Origin: a phage
Reading direction: 5' to 3' (one strand)
DNA length: 50,013 nucleotides
Sequence record: OZ346186.1
Below the pieces are notes generated by a model. It saw only the letters and a program-made list of their open reading frames with translations. It did not search any database and had not been told where the DNA came from. Shown here piece by piece: positions 20,341 through 29,765 of the stretch. The position numbers were made by a program, and so were the translations under genes. How positions within the stretch are numbered: position 1 is the first letter of the stretch; the number at the start of each line of letters is the position of its first letter.

Positions 20341-20520
20341 AGCGTAATAAATACAGATAAATATATATATATATATATAAATCAATAAGTTAGCAGTATA
20401 TATATTTATATTTGTTTTTTCTTGTTATCTATGTTTTGTGTGATTTTGTGTGTCTGGTAATTTTATGTGGTTGTGTATGTGTCAGTGATTGTGTGTGTCT
20501 ATATATCTATATACGGCGCA
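20341..20520. repeat. AT-rich (TA)n and GT-rich low-complexity region with IHF-like site AATCAATAAGTTA; homolog of 40501-40720
   Basis: (TA)9 at 20361-20379; 15-mer aaatcaataagttag at 20379-20393; TGTG-rich 20431-20500. Confidence 0.6.
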
Positions 20521-20635
20521 AATGGAGGAACAAGAGAACAAAAAGACAACAAAGATATTTATCAATCACTTACATGTAAATTTTGTTATCCGATTCGCCT
20601 GGAACGTTGTTAGAACAGAAAAAACAAAATAACTG

Positions 20636-20663
20636 TTGACTAAACGCATTAAATAGCTAAAAT
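20636..20663 (+). promoter_or_regulatory. sigma70-like promoter TTGACT-16-TAAAAT upstream of exonuclease gene
   Basis: hexamers read directly at 20636-20641 and 20658-20663. Confidence 0.45.
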
Positions 20664-20692
20664 GCAGGCATACCAACAAACGAGGGCAAATA

Positions 20693-21754
20693 ATGAATAA
20701 GTTTATGGCGTACACCAGCGAAGAAATGAGCAACGAGCTTTATCACGATCCAGAAGCGTGGACGGCTGATTATGTTAGCGGTTCAAGCCTGGCAGAGATT
20801 TACAGCACATGCCCGGCAGCGTGGAAGTTCAAGCCGCGTGACGATAAGAGCAAGGCGCTAGTTTTTGGTACGCAGTCGCATACCAACTTTGAAAGCAAGG
20901 AGCTTTTCGAAAAAACTTATCGCCGTGCGCCAGCGCCAGAAGACTTTAAGGATCTGATAACCAGCCAAACGGCGCTTGCTGCAAAGCTGAAATCATTTGG
21001 CCTGAAAGGTACAACCGGAAAGACTTACCCCGAACTTATAAAAATGATGGTTGACTGCGGAGAAGACCTTAACGTCATGTGGTTAATCGACATGATCGCA
21101 GAAAGTCAGGCCAGGGCCGATGGGGTTCAGTTAATCGAGGCTAAAGATTACGATTCGTGCGTGGCAATGCGCCAGGTTCTGGAATCAATACCGGAACATA
21201 ACGCATGTATGAATAGCAAGACGGCACAGCGTGAATTATCGTTGTTCGGTGAAATTAACGGCGTAAAAGTCAAAGTGCGATGCGATCACGTTGACGTAAC
21301 AAAGAACGTCACCGCAACGCTGATTGATGGTTACGATGAAAAAGGCCAGCCGATTTGCCGCGATATTATTTATCCAGAGGCCATTGTGATCACAGACTAC
21401 AAAACTACAATGAGCGCGAATCCGGCTGAGTTTATGCGCCTGGCTTACAATCACGGCTATTATTTGAAAATGGCGTTGCAATGTGATTTATTCAGAAAAG
21501 CGTATCCAGAAGAAAAGCGACCTATAGTTGTGCGACTGTTAGCGCAAGAGAAGAAAGAGCCTTATTTGCCGTTGGCTTTCCGCATGAATAGCGAGCAGTT
21601 GAAGATCGGGCGCATTCAGTACATGAGCGTGATTAACCAGTTTGCCATGTGCCAGCAACATGACGTTTGGCCTTCGTATTCAAACGGTGAGCCTGAGGTT
21701 TGCCTTGATACTCCTGATTGGGTGCGCCGCCAGTTTAAGCAATATCTTATTTAA
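20693..21754 (+). CDS. recombination exonuclease (PD-(D/E)xK, RecE/lambda-Exo-like, putative)
   Basis: 353 aa; ITDYK motif; adjacent to Erf and SSB genes. Confidence 0.45.
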   Translation: MNKFMAYTSEEMSNELYHDPEAWTADYVSGSSLAEIYSTCPAAWKFKPRDDKSKALVFGTQSHTNFESKELFEKTYRRAPAPEDFKDLITSQTALAAKLKSFGLKGTTGKTYPELIKMMVDCGEDLNVMWLIDMIAESQARADGVQLIEAKDYDSCVAMRQVLESIPEHNACMNSKTAQRELSLFGEINGVKVKVRCDHVDVTKNVTATLIDGYDEKGQPICRDIIYPEAIVITDYKTTMSANPAEFMRLAYNHGYYLKMALQCDLFRKAYPEEKRPIVVRLLAQEKKEPYLPLAFRMNSEQLKIGRIQYMSVINQFAMCQQHDVWPSYSNGEPEVCLDTPDWVRRQFKQYLI

Positions 21755-21835
21755 ACAGCACAAATAGCTAAACAAATGAAAAATGCGGTGTTATAATTCA
21801 CCGCACAAGTTAACAACAAGCGTGAGGAAATAAAC

Positions 21836-22114
21836 ATGGAAAACAAGCAAGTGTCAGAGGTGGCAGTTCATATCAACAATTTTGCAACTGGCATGGCTAT
21901 GTTGCTTCGTGACTTTGTGGCGCCACTTGATCCAACTGCAGGCGAAGAAGAAATGGAGTACATCAGAAAAGTAATTGATGCGGTCGATAACGTCGTACTT
22001 ATTGCAACAATGAGCGAAGACAACGATGAAGCAATCAAGGCGGTAAAAGAAAGTTCTGATCGCATGATGGAAAATCTGATTAAATTACACACCAAAGAAG
22101 AAACAAAGCACTAA
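21836..22114 (+). CDS. hypothetical acidic protein
   Basis: 92 aa, Asp/Glu-rich; SD gtgagga; lies between exonuclease and Erf. Confidence 0.55.
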   Translation: MENKQVSEVAVHINNFATGMAMLLRDFVAPLDPTAGEEEMEYIRKVIDAVDNVVLIATMSEDNDEAIKAVKESSDRMMENLIKLHTKEETKH

Positions 22115-22159
22115 CAGCAATAAGGCGGCGAAAGCCGCCATGAATTATGGGAATTAATC

Positions 22160-22816
22160 ATGAAACTATCAGAGCAATTCGACAAGGTTTTACCAGCGCT
22201 GCATAAGGCTCGCAGCTTGTTTGTGAAGGTCAAAAAGGACAAGCAAAACACTCACCTTAAAAATCGTTACGCAACGCTTGATGCAGTTCTTGATGCAATC
22301 ACTCCGGCATTGAATGATAACGAGCTAATGTTGATGCAGGACATGATTGAAAGCGAACAACCTAACCGCATCAAAGTTGAGACAACCGTTCTTCATGTTT
22401 CCGGTCAGTGGGTGAAATTTTACGCAGAGCTACCAATCGTTAAAAACGATCCTCAAGGTGTCGGATCTGCATTCACATACGCGCGTCGTTATGCAGCCGC
22501 AGCCGCATTTGGCTTAAGCCAGGCAGACGATGACGCACAGATTGCCGTTAAATCTGCAAACGACTGGAAGCGTGACATTGAGAAATGCGAAAGCGTAAAC
22601 GAATTACAAGAAGTGCTCAAATCAGCATGGAAGGCAAGCGATCCGGCAAGCAAGCAGGTAATTAAAGAGCATTACGAAAAACGCAAAGCAGAGCTTGAGA
22701 TCGGAAAAGCACGAGGATTTAATCCGGCGCAACCACGGCAAAATCTCGCCACTACAGAAGTTGACATAAAAAACGACGAGCAAGTAAAATCACAAAGCAT
22801 AACTGATTTTGAATAA
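22160..22816 (+). CDS. Erf-family single-strand annealing protein
   Basis: 218 aa with [12 protein letters not shown] segment typical of ERF; followed by SSB. Confidence 0.65.
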   Translation: MKLSEQFDKVLPALHKARSLFVKVKKDKQNTHLKNRYATLDAVLDAITPALNDNELMLMQDMIESEQPNRIKVETTVLHVSGQWVKFYAELPIVKNDPQGVGSAFTYARRYAAAAAFGLSQADDDAQIAVKSANDWKRDIEKCESVNELQEVLKSAWKASDPASKQVIKEHYEKRKAELEIGKARGFNPAQPRQNLATTEVDIKNDEQVKSQSITDFE

Positions 22817-22823
22817 TTGACAT

Positions 22824-22845
22824 GGGGCGCTTGCGCCCCTTTCTT
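22824..22845 (+). terminator. terminator-like hairpin after Erf gene
   Basis: ggggcgc..gcgcccc + TTTCTT. Confidence 0.5.
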
Positions 22846-22860
22846 ACAGGAGAATAAATA

Positions 22861-23301
22861 ATGCATATTATTACTGGTGAGATCAGAAAAGAGCCGCGAG
22901 TAAAACAAATGCCTAACGGCAGCACACTTTATGTGGTTGAGCTTTCAGAGCGATACAAAGATAAAGATGGAAACTGGCAATATACAAACTACAGTTTCTT
23001 TTTTAATGCCAAAACAGAAGGTCTTAATGGTTGGTATGCTGAGGCGTTTCAGGTTGGAAAGGTTATTTCTGTATCTTGCGATACGCTACGCATAGAAACG
23101 CGTGAATATAACGGAAAGATGTATTCAAGTTTAATGCCTGGTGGATTCGCAAATCTTATATTCAGCCAGCGCGGAGAAGGCCAGCCGCAACAGCAACAAC
23201 AAGGAGGATGGGGCCAGCCACAGCAACAGAATCAACAGCAACAACAACCCAAACAAAGCAATCAGCCTCCTATGGACTTTGACGACGACATTCCTTTCTG
23301 A
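22861..23301 (+). CDS. ssb: single-stranded DNA-binding protein
   Basis: 146 aa; Gln/Gly-rich linker and acidic C-terminal tail DFDDDIPF typical of SSB. Confidence 0.8.
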   Translation: MHIITGEIRKEPRVKQMPNGSTLYVVELSERYKDKDGNWQYTNYSFFFNAKTEGLNGWYAEAFQVGKVISVSCDTLRIETREYNGKMYSSLMPGGFANLIFSQRGEGQPQQQQQGGWGQPQQQNQQQQQPKQSNQPPMDFDDDIPF

Positions 23302-23306
23302 TCAGC

Positions 23307-23330
23307 AAAGGGGCATTACGCCCCTTTTTC
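23307..23330. terminator. bidirectional terminator between SSB and minus-strand gene
   Basis: AAA ggggc attac gcccc TTTTT. Confidence 0.6.
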
Positions 23331-23573
23331 ACTTTCAGCCATTCCAAGCACGGCAATAACCTTAACAGCAATTCTCTTTGCAAGTTCAGTTTGATGAGCG
23401 TTCAGCTTTCCAGTGGTCATTATTGACAACATTCCGCTCATACTTCCAAGCCCGTTAAAATCTGACATTGCCGATTTCATTATTGATATTGGCGAATGAC
23501 CTTCATCAGCTATTTTGTGCGCTCTCTCTGACAGGTCTTTAACTACCTGATCTATTCCTTCACTTTTCGTCAT
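23316..23573 (-). CDS. hypothetical protein
   Basis: 85 aa; SD aagga upstream of ATG at 23573. Confidence 0.5.
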   Translation of the reverse strand: MTKSEGIDQVVKDLSERAHKIADEGHSPISIMKSAMSDFNGLGSMSGMLSIMTTGKLNAHQTELAKRIAVKVIAVLGMAESEKGA

Positions 23574-23609
23574 TTACTTTTCCTTCAGGAGTTGATTGCT
23601 GTTCTGGCA

Positions 23610-23699
23610 TTACAGGCCACCAACAGCACCACCAAGTCCAGCCGCGCCAGCTTCGCCACCAAAACCACCACCAGTAGGGAGTAAAGTCATATCTGACAT
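23610..23699 (-). CDS. Gly-rich 29-aa peptide (MSDMTLLPTGGGFGGEAGAAGLGGAVGGL)
   Basis: hand-translated; SD gaggaa 6 nt upstream of ATG; not in ORF track (below 60 aa). Confidence 0.35.
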   Translation of the reverse strand: MSDMTLLPTGGGFGGEAGAAGLGGAVGGL

Positions 23700-23834
23700 A
23701 GTAAATTCCTCTTTGACGTTAAGAAAATTAAAAAAAATTTGCAACATTTATGTTACGACAAAGAGTATGCGCCTAACTGTCAGGAATAGATATAAAGCAT
23801 TTGTAAGCGATATGTAAGCAACTAGCATAAAGAC

Positions 23835-23862
23835 GAAAAAAAGCGCAGCATGAGCCGCGCTT
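23835..23862 (-). terminator. rho-independent terminator after tail fibre gene
   Basis: minus strand aagcgc..gcgctt followed by T-tract (plus-strand A-tract 23835-23840). Confidence 0.5.
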
Positions 23863-23877
23863 TGGTTAAAAATATTG

Positions 23878-26073
23878 TTATTTATTGAGCAGTGCAGCAA
23901 CAGCCGCCTTTAATTCGTCTATCTCCTTTTGCTGGTTTTCGATCATTCCTCCCATGTAAACCATAGCGCAAGCCATATCAGCCATGATAACGTTATTGTC
24001 AAGCGCTAATGTATCATCTGCTTTGTCAACAACAATTTGACGATCCACATATTCTTCACCTTCATCATTAACGCCTATAACATCTGCAAAAATGTCCCCG
24101 CCAGGTACTAGTTTTACATATTCAGGATCTATTTTTAGCAGATCCTGAGCTATCATCCCGAATCGCTGGATGTTGCTTCCATTGTATTTAAACATTGTAG
24201 GCAGCCACTGCATAACGCGATCATAGCTTTCTTTTCCATCTGTATAAATTATATCGTGCTTTAAATCCCTGTCAGAGTTAGCGGCCTTTTGAAAAATGAA
24301 ATTTCCACTTGATGACCATGTAGTTATATCGTTTGATGCTGGCTGGAACTGGAAGTTACAGAAAAAATTACCATCACCACGAAGCCTTAACGAGCAAAAA
24401 GGCCATGCATTATTTCCTTGTGGAATAAGACCCCAAGTTGCGCGAATAGGATAGCCACCAGTTGACTGTGTTCCCCATGAAAGACCTGGCGCCCAACCAC
24501 CGTCATTGTTAGCAACAATCTCACCCCAAACAAGAGCATTACCCCAATAATTTGGATCGTCCCACCCCATTTGTTGAGTTCTTCCGGTGTATTGAGCAGA
24601 ATGCGTTCTGCCGTCAGGGTAAAACTTGTGCATATAGCTTTGAACACCATGCTTATACAGTTCAATCCCAAAAGACTCAATTTGGGCAGTATCACCTCTG
24701 ATCAAACCTGCGATAGCGTAATCGTTATACCAGTTGTAACGACTTACACCAGTCCATGTGTTTATCGGCGGGTTCATAATTGAAAATAGTTGTGACGGAT
24801 TGTGTTCATTTCCTTCAGCATAAAAACCAGCCCCAGGAGCTAAGGAAATACTTTTCGCCCCTGAAAAAGTACCATTTTCATTAAACTGATAATACTGTGA
24901 TGCACCATTATGAAATACGCCTATTGTATGCTTTCCTACGCCTACTTGAGTCTCAAAATAAGACTGAGAAGATCCAATATCTTCACCTTGTGTACTCTTT
25001 AGTTTTGAATGGTATATACCTGCGTTTGCAGTATTTGCATTTTCCGTTTCATTTTCAACATTAAGGCTTAGAAATTTTGGTGCATGTTTTTCGCCAAGCC
25101 CTATATTGTTTCTGATGCCATTTGCGTCAATAGCTCCAGTACCACCAGAAGAAATAGCTAAAGGCACAGTTTCAAATGAGCCAGATCCTGAAGTGTCTCT
25201 CTGAAAAACAAGAAGACCATCATTTCTGATAACAAGCCTATATTCTCTATTTCTAGAGTACAAGATAGTATGCACGTAATCCTGAAAAAATGAATCAATG
25301 CTAAGCGTCTGGCGAGCAGATTCGATGTCAGAAAGATCTTTAAGGTTCTGATCCTTATGCAATAGATTTTCAGGATTTACCTGTTGCGCCCACTGGCGAG
25401 CTTCATCACGCGCAGTTTCAGCGCCAGCCTTTGCATTATTTGCCTCAACGGCATGATTTCCAGCAGTATCACGCGCCAATTCAGCCTGATCGCGAGCACC
25501 GAAAGCCTCTTGTTTAATGGCTTCCGTTTCGATTATAGCTGAATCTTTAATCTGTTGCGTTTGCGCCTTGATTGCGTCAGTGTCTGATTTAATCTGGTTT
25601 GTTTCAGCAACAGCAGAATCCTTTATCTGCTGAGTGTTGTTTTTCAGTTGTTCAGTAGCAGCACGATCATTGGCCGTTTTCTCTGCATCACCTTTAACCT
25701 GATTAGCCAGATCTTGCAACTGTTTCAGGTCAAAGTTTTTGAAAAATTCAATAGCTTCCTCGATCTGAGTTTCTTTGCTTTGGTAGTAGCGCAGAGTTTC
25801 CGCAACATCTTGCGCCAGGCCGTCAACCGTGATTGAGTCATGCAGCAAAATAATGTAATTGCTTCGCCCAATTTCAGCTCCTCCAGTTGTGATGGCGCGG
25901 ATTTGTGTATCGCTGATAACTTCACTGATCACAGCCGCTTGGAATGGTGCATCAATGAAAAAGATTGTTGCACCAGGACGAATGAGCGTTAGTTGCTCTC
26001 GCCATTTCGTTTCGTATCCAGTTATATAACCTTGAGCGTCCATTGACGCCTGTCCGGTTCTGTAAATTGCCAT
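23878..26073 (-). CDS. tail fibre with C-terminal intramolecular chaperone (peptidase S74-like) domain
   Basis: 731 aa from ATG 26073 (SD gggaga); C-terminus LKHDIIYTDGKESYDRVMQWL...GMIAQDL resembles S74 chaperone domain; repeats in N-terminal third; track ORF start at 26172 reads through terminator. Confidence 0.75.
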   Translation of the reverse strand: MAIYRTGQASMDAQGYITGYETKWREQLTLIRPGATIFFIDAPFQAAVISEVISDTQIRAITTGGAEIGRSNYIILLHDSITVDGLAQDVAETLRYYQSKETQIEEAIEFFKNFDLKQLQDLANQVKGDAEKTANDRAATEQLKNNTQQIKDSAVAETNQIKSDTDAIKAQTQQIKDSAIIETEAIKQEAFGARDQAELARDTAGNHAVEANNAKAGAETARDEARQWAQQVNPENLLHKDQNLKDLSDIESARQTLSIDSFFQDYVHTILYSRNREYRLVIRNDGLLVFQRDTSGSGSFETVPLAISSGGTGAIDANGIRNNIGLGEKHAPKFLSLNVENETENANTANAGIYHSKLKSTQGEDIGSSQSYFETQVGVGKHTIGVFHNGASQYYQFNENGTFSGAKSISLAPGAGFYAEGNEHNPSQLFSIMNPPINTWTGVSRYNWYNDYAIAGLIRGDTAQIESFGIELYKHGVQSYMHKFYPDGRTHSAQYTGRTQQMGWDDPNYWGNALVWGEIVANNDGGWAPGLSWGTQSTGGYPIRATWGLIPQGNNAWPFCSLRLRGDGNFFCNFQFQPASNDITTWSSSGNFIFQKAANSDRDLKHDIIYTDGKESYDRVMQWLPTMFKYNGSNIQRFGMIAQDLLKIDPEYVKLVPGGDIFADVIGVNDEGEEYVDRQIVVDKADDTLALDNNVIMADMACAMVYMGGMIENQQKEIDELKAAVAALLNK

Positions 26074-26130
26074 GCGTTTTCTCCCATGTTGCATGTTAAT
26101 GTCAATGCAGATAATAGCATTTGATAAGGC

Positions 26131-26154
26131 AAAAAAAAACCCCGCAATGCGGGG
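26131..26154 (-). terminator. rho-independent terminator between primase and tail fibre genes
   Basis: minus strand ccccgc att gcgggg + T9. Confidence 0.65.
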
Positions 26155-26172
26155 TAAAAGTAGCAGTGACAT

Positions 26173-27105
26173 TTAGAGAAGAGATTCAGGTTTGTAAACC
26201 TTCCTCTCTATCCCTTGCCTGTAATTATCATTAATCGGCATCATAATTTCAAGACCTCTTTCCTCAGCAGCAATGATCGCGTCACGGTCTGTACTCTTAC
26301 AGACAACTCGCATTCTTCTGTTGCCTTTATACCTGTAAGCTACAATCTCAATGTTAGTTGCATCAAAGCAGGCCCAAACCTCTTGACCAGTTGCAAGGTG
26401 AATATGTTGCGCATCAATCCAGTCAACGCAAAGATAGATCGTCTTATCTGTGCTTCCTGTTCTCACAATTGACCCGCGCGTGTAGTCCTTTGCGAGAAAA
26501 GACTTATTACCTTCTTCATCAATGAAAAGCACATTGCACATTTCATCATCAATTTCATCTGAATGTACCAGGTAACATGGGAGCGCGTGAATGTATCGAC
26601 CATCTTTAACGCCGCATTCATAATGACCATCTTCAGGCGGGTATATTCCTTCATATGTGCTTAACGGCGTGCGATCAAATTTTAGTGTTTTTGACATAAC
26701 GCGATCGCAGCATTCATGGCTTGCCTGTTTCCCAAATGAATAACCAGAATCACGAGATACTCGCTTATTTGCCTTGATTCTATAGTCCTGCGGAACTTTT
26801 CCAAGAAAGCGGCCCAAAATATTGATCACTTCGCTGTAAGGTTCTCCGGTTAGTTTCATGATCCAACCAATTCCAGTATCATTACCGCACACGTTGCAGA
26901 TCGCACCGCCATCGCCTTTTTTATCGCCAAGTTTATCCGTCCACCTGAAGCGATCCTTTCCGCCGCAGTGGGGGCAAGATTGATGCTTGCCGTTAAAAAC
27001 TTCATTTGGAAGACCGCAAATACTTTGTAGCGCCTCACGCCATAATCCCTGCATATATGGGAGAACATCTTCCTTTTGATAAACCATAAAGTTTTCGTTA
27101 TTCAT
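26173..27105 (-). CDS. DNA primase (zinc-ribbon type, putative)
   Basis: CPHCGGKDRFRW...CNVCG zinc-binding motif typical of phage primase N-termini; start ATG 27105 preferred over TTG 27120. Confidence 0.5.
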   Translation of the reverse strand: MNNENFMVYQKEDVLPYMQGLWREALQSICGLPNEVFNGKHQSCPHCGGKDRFRWTDKLGDKKGDGGAICNVCGNDTGIGWIMKLTGEPYSEVINILGRFLGKVPQDYRIKANKRVSRDSGYSFGKQASHECCDRVMSKTLKFDRTPLSTYEGIYPPEDGHYECGVKDGRYIHALPCYLVHSDEIDDEMCNVLFIDEEGNKSFLAKDYTRGSIVRTGSTDKTIYLCVDWIDAQHIHLATGQEVWACFDATNIEIVAYRYKGNRRMRVVCKSTDRDAIIAAEERGLEIMMPINDNYRQGIERKVYKPESLL

Positions 27106-27162
27106 ATGCACCTCAAACAAAAAAAAGCCTGACAGATGATAACATCATGCCAGGCATTGTTT

Positions 27163-27636
27163 TTAGCAATTAGTGCTTTCAGGTTTATACAGGAATCCTC
27201 CAGGTTCATAATCTGACATTCTTACCACTCGCAACATTTCACGCTTATCACATCTCTTTGTGAGCGGTTTGCCATTGGAATCAAATCGCAGATCTGGACG
27301 GCAGAATGACGCGCGATAGCCTTGACAACCATATTTCTTGTAATCGTTATGCACCTTTTGAGCGCCAGCGGCTGAAATCATACCGCGAACGCGCCACTGA
27401 TTTACAGTTTGCTGGCTAACGTTAAGACGCTTTGCCATTGCTGACACGCTGCCGTAATACTCAATAAGAATGTCAAGCCGTGCTTTTAGTCCGGCGCGCA
27501 CTTCATCTTTTAAAACATAGTATCCTGTAGGGCGCTTGCGCTTTTTCTTATCTTTACCCCGTCGAGTTCCGTTATTGCCATTAATTGTGCGCTTGTCAAT
27601 CTTGCCTGTTGATACTGCGATTCGCTGTTCTTTCAT
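27163..27636 (-). CDS. HTH DNA-binding protein (putative transcription regulator)
   Basis: 157 aa; basic N-terminus (KDKKKRKR) and helix-turn-helix-like AKRLNVSQQTVNQWR. Confidence 0.45.
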   Translation of the reverse strand: MKEQRIAVSTGKIDKRTINGNNGTRRGKDKKKRKRPTGYYVLKDEVRAGLKARLDILIEYYGSVSAMAKRLNVSQQTVNQWRVRGMISAAGAQKVHNDYKKYGCQGYRASFCRPDLRFDSNGKPLTKRCDKREMLRVVRMSDYEPGGFLYKPESTNC

Positions 27637-27648
27637 TATTCATTCTCC

Positions 27649-27692
27649 AATAGCATTTTTTGTTAAACGATGATTTAATGATTGTGTATTAT
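27649..27692 (+). promoter_or_regulatory. conserved box AATAGCATTTTTTGTTAAAC + 18-nt spacer + TATTAT (promoter cassette for helicase operon)
   Basis: box 27649-27668, -10-like 27687-27692; divergent from HTH regulator gene. Confidence 0.5.
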
Positions 27693-27725
27693 ACACGCCA
27701 AATGGCATTACTCAAAGGTTTTAGA

Positions 27726-29765
27726 ATGATTCCAAACATTGAAAAGCAAATATCAGCACTTGGTGAAGCGGTAATTAAATCCATTCAGGAGCGATTCACT
27801 GTTGGCGAGATTGTGCCTTACCCTTACCAGTGCGTTGCATACGCTGAGATCGCAAAGCGTATGAAAAATTATGAGCATCCATTCTTTGTTAAAGCGTCCG
27901 TATCGGCTGGCAAAACATTGATGTTTGCAATGGTTGCTCACCAGTGCCGGAAAATGGGATTAAAAATGATGGTCCTTGCTCGCCAGGCTGAGATTGTGGA
28001 TCAGGATTCTGAAGAGATAACAAATCTTGGCGTGCCGAACTCAATCTATTGTGCAGGACTGAAGACAAAAAGCGCATACTTTCCGATTGTTGTTGGTTCT
28101 GAGGGCACTGTAGTTAATGGGCTGTTTAAAGCGCTTGGCGACTATGTTCCGCACGTTATCGGGATTGACGAGTGTCACCAGGTGGATTGGGAAGACCTTG
28201 CCGACGCCATAGAGAAAGACGAATCATTTTTACAAATGACAACGAAGAAAGGCGAAAAAGTACCAAATCCAGATTATGACATAACGAGCGATAACGAATG
28301 CGAAGAGTTCCTGATTGGTGAGGATGGCTTACCAATGGAGGGAACAGGCCGCACGCAATACACTGTTATTATCATGGAAATGATGCGACGTTGCAGGAAA
28401 GCATATGGTCATGAACTGCGCATCTTTGGTATGACTGGTTCGGAGTTTCGCGGAGTAGTCCCGATCCTGGTAGAAGACAAAAAACAGAAAGGATTCTGGC
28501 GTGAACAGGTTACTAATATTGACACCAACTACCTGATCAAATTCGGTTCTGTTGTGCCAACAAATTTTGGCGACGTTGGCGATCTAGGGTATGACCTTTC
28601 AGAGTTTGAGGCATCCAGCGAGGATGGCGTCGCAGACTTTGACGCTAAAACGCTTCGCAGGATGGAACAAAAAATTCATGAAGAAGCGACCATGACAAAG
28701 CGCATCATGGCGAAAGTTCACGAGATCTGTAAAAACCGTAACGGCGTACTTGTGACATGTGCAGGAGAAAGGCATTGCAAAGAGGCAGCGGCGGCATTGC
28801 CACCTGGAACGACTTACAGGATCATTACTGGTAAGACTGGCGACAACCAGCGCAAGGAGTGGTTGAAGGAAGCATACGAGGGGAAGGTAAAATACATCTT
28901 CCAGGTTCAGGCGCTAACAACTGGCGTTAACGTGCCGTTTTGGGATACGTCGGTTATATTGCGTAAGATTGGATCTCTTACGTTGCTGATTCAGCTTTTA
29001 GGGCGCGGAATGCGACTACTTAAGAAGTGGCATAAGGAGCAAGGATTCCAGAAAGATGATCATCTCGTCATGGATTTTTCAGGAACGATGGACGAGCTAG
29101 GGGAGCTTTATTTTGATCCGATACTGGAACAGGCGCAGCACCAGAAGCGATTCAGAAATGGTAAAGATCCGAAGCCTTGTCCTATTTGCGGAACTCTTAA
29201 CAGCTATTATGCTCGTCGCTGTATGCACGTAGACGAAGACGGCAACAGATGCGAGTGGTTCTTTAAATTCAGGACATGTGACGATCAGGTTGACCCACGC
29301 ACTAAAAAGATTATTCATCGCGGTTGTGGAACGAAAAATGATATTGCGGCCAGGGTGTGCAGACATTGCGACATGTCATTGATTGACCCTAACGAGAAGT
29401 TGAGCGGAAAGCACTACACAAAAAACGACTGGTTCCAGGTGCAATCTTTCTCGGTTGACATGACGAAAAACCAGAAAGGGATAATATTTAATTATGAGCT
29501 TTCCGATGGCATAGACACTTTCAGGGCGAGAGAGATATTTTTCCCTGAATCTGAGAGCCAAATTTGCCGCGCAAAATGGCGAAGCGTTGCTCTTAAGCAC
29601 ATACCAGATCGCCGCGTTGCTGGCATGGTGGCGAGCTATCGTAATGCACGAAAAATAATGCAATATGTTAATCACATTATGCCGCCATCGCGTGTGACTC
29701 ACCGCAAGACTAGCAAGGGAGAAGATAATTTGTACAAGAAGGAATTTAATTATGGCAATGACTGA
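27726..29765 (+). CDS. SF2 helicase (DEAH-box) with C-terminal Cys-rich zinc ribbons
   Basis: Walker A SVSAGKT, DEcH box GIDECH; start ATG 27726 chosen from spacing to box promoter; track ORF from 27660. Confidence 0.75.
   Translation: MIPNIEKQISALGEAVIKSIQERFTVGEIVPYPYQCVAYAEIAKRMKNYEHPFFVKASVSAGKTLMFAMVAHQCRKMGLKMMVLARQAEIVDQDSEEITNLGVPNSIYCAGLKTKSAYFPIVVGSEGTVVNGLFKALGDYVPHVIGIDECHQVDWEDLADAIEKDESFLQMTTKKGEKVPNPDYDITSDNECEEFLIGEDGLPMEGTGRTQYTVIIMEMMRRCRKAYGHELRIFGMTGSEFRGVVPILVEDKKQKGFWREQVTNIDTNYLIKFGSVVPTNFGDVGDLGYDLSEFEASSEDGVADFDAKTLRRMEQKIHEEATMTKRIMAKVHEICKNRNGVLVTCAGERHCKEAAAALPPGTTYRIITGKTGDNQRKEWLKEAYEGKVKYIFQVQALTTGVNVPFWDTSVILRKIGSLTLLIQLLGRGMRLLKKWHKEQGFQKDDHLVMDFSGTMDELGELYFDPILEQAQHQKRFRNGKDPKPCPICGTLNSYYARRCMHVDEDGNRCEWFFKFRTCDDQVDPRTKKIIHRGCGTKNDIAARVCRHCDMSLIDPNEKLSGKHYTKNDWFQVQSFSVDMTKNQKGIIFNYELSDGIDTFRAREIFFPESESQICRAKWRSVALKHIPDRRVAGMVASYRNARKIMQYVNHIMPPSRVTHRKTSKGEDNLYKKEFNYGND

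Noticed and set aside
20341-20520. CRISPR array or integration (att) site in the repeat-rich intergenic regions
   Set aside because: Repeats are short simple-sequence (TA, TG) rather than 25-40 bp direct repeats with unique spacers, and no integrase gene is present in the window; more consistent with origin or regulatory DNA of a lytic phage.
23596-23817. 73-aa plus-strand ORF (Pro/Ala-rich)
   Set aside because: Low-complexity translation, starts with alternative codon, runs antisense over a minus-strand peptide ORF with a good SD and over a terminator; judged spurious.
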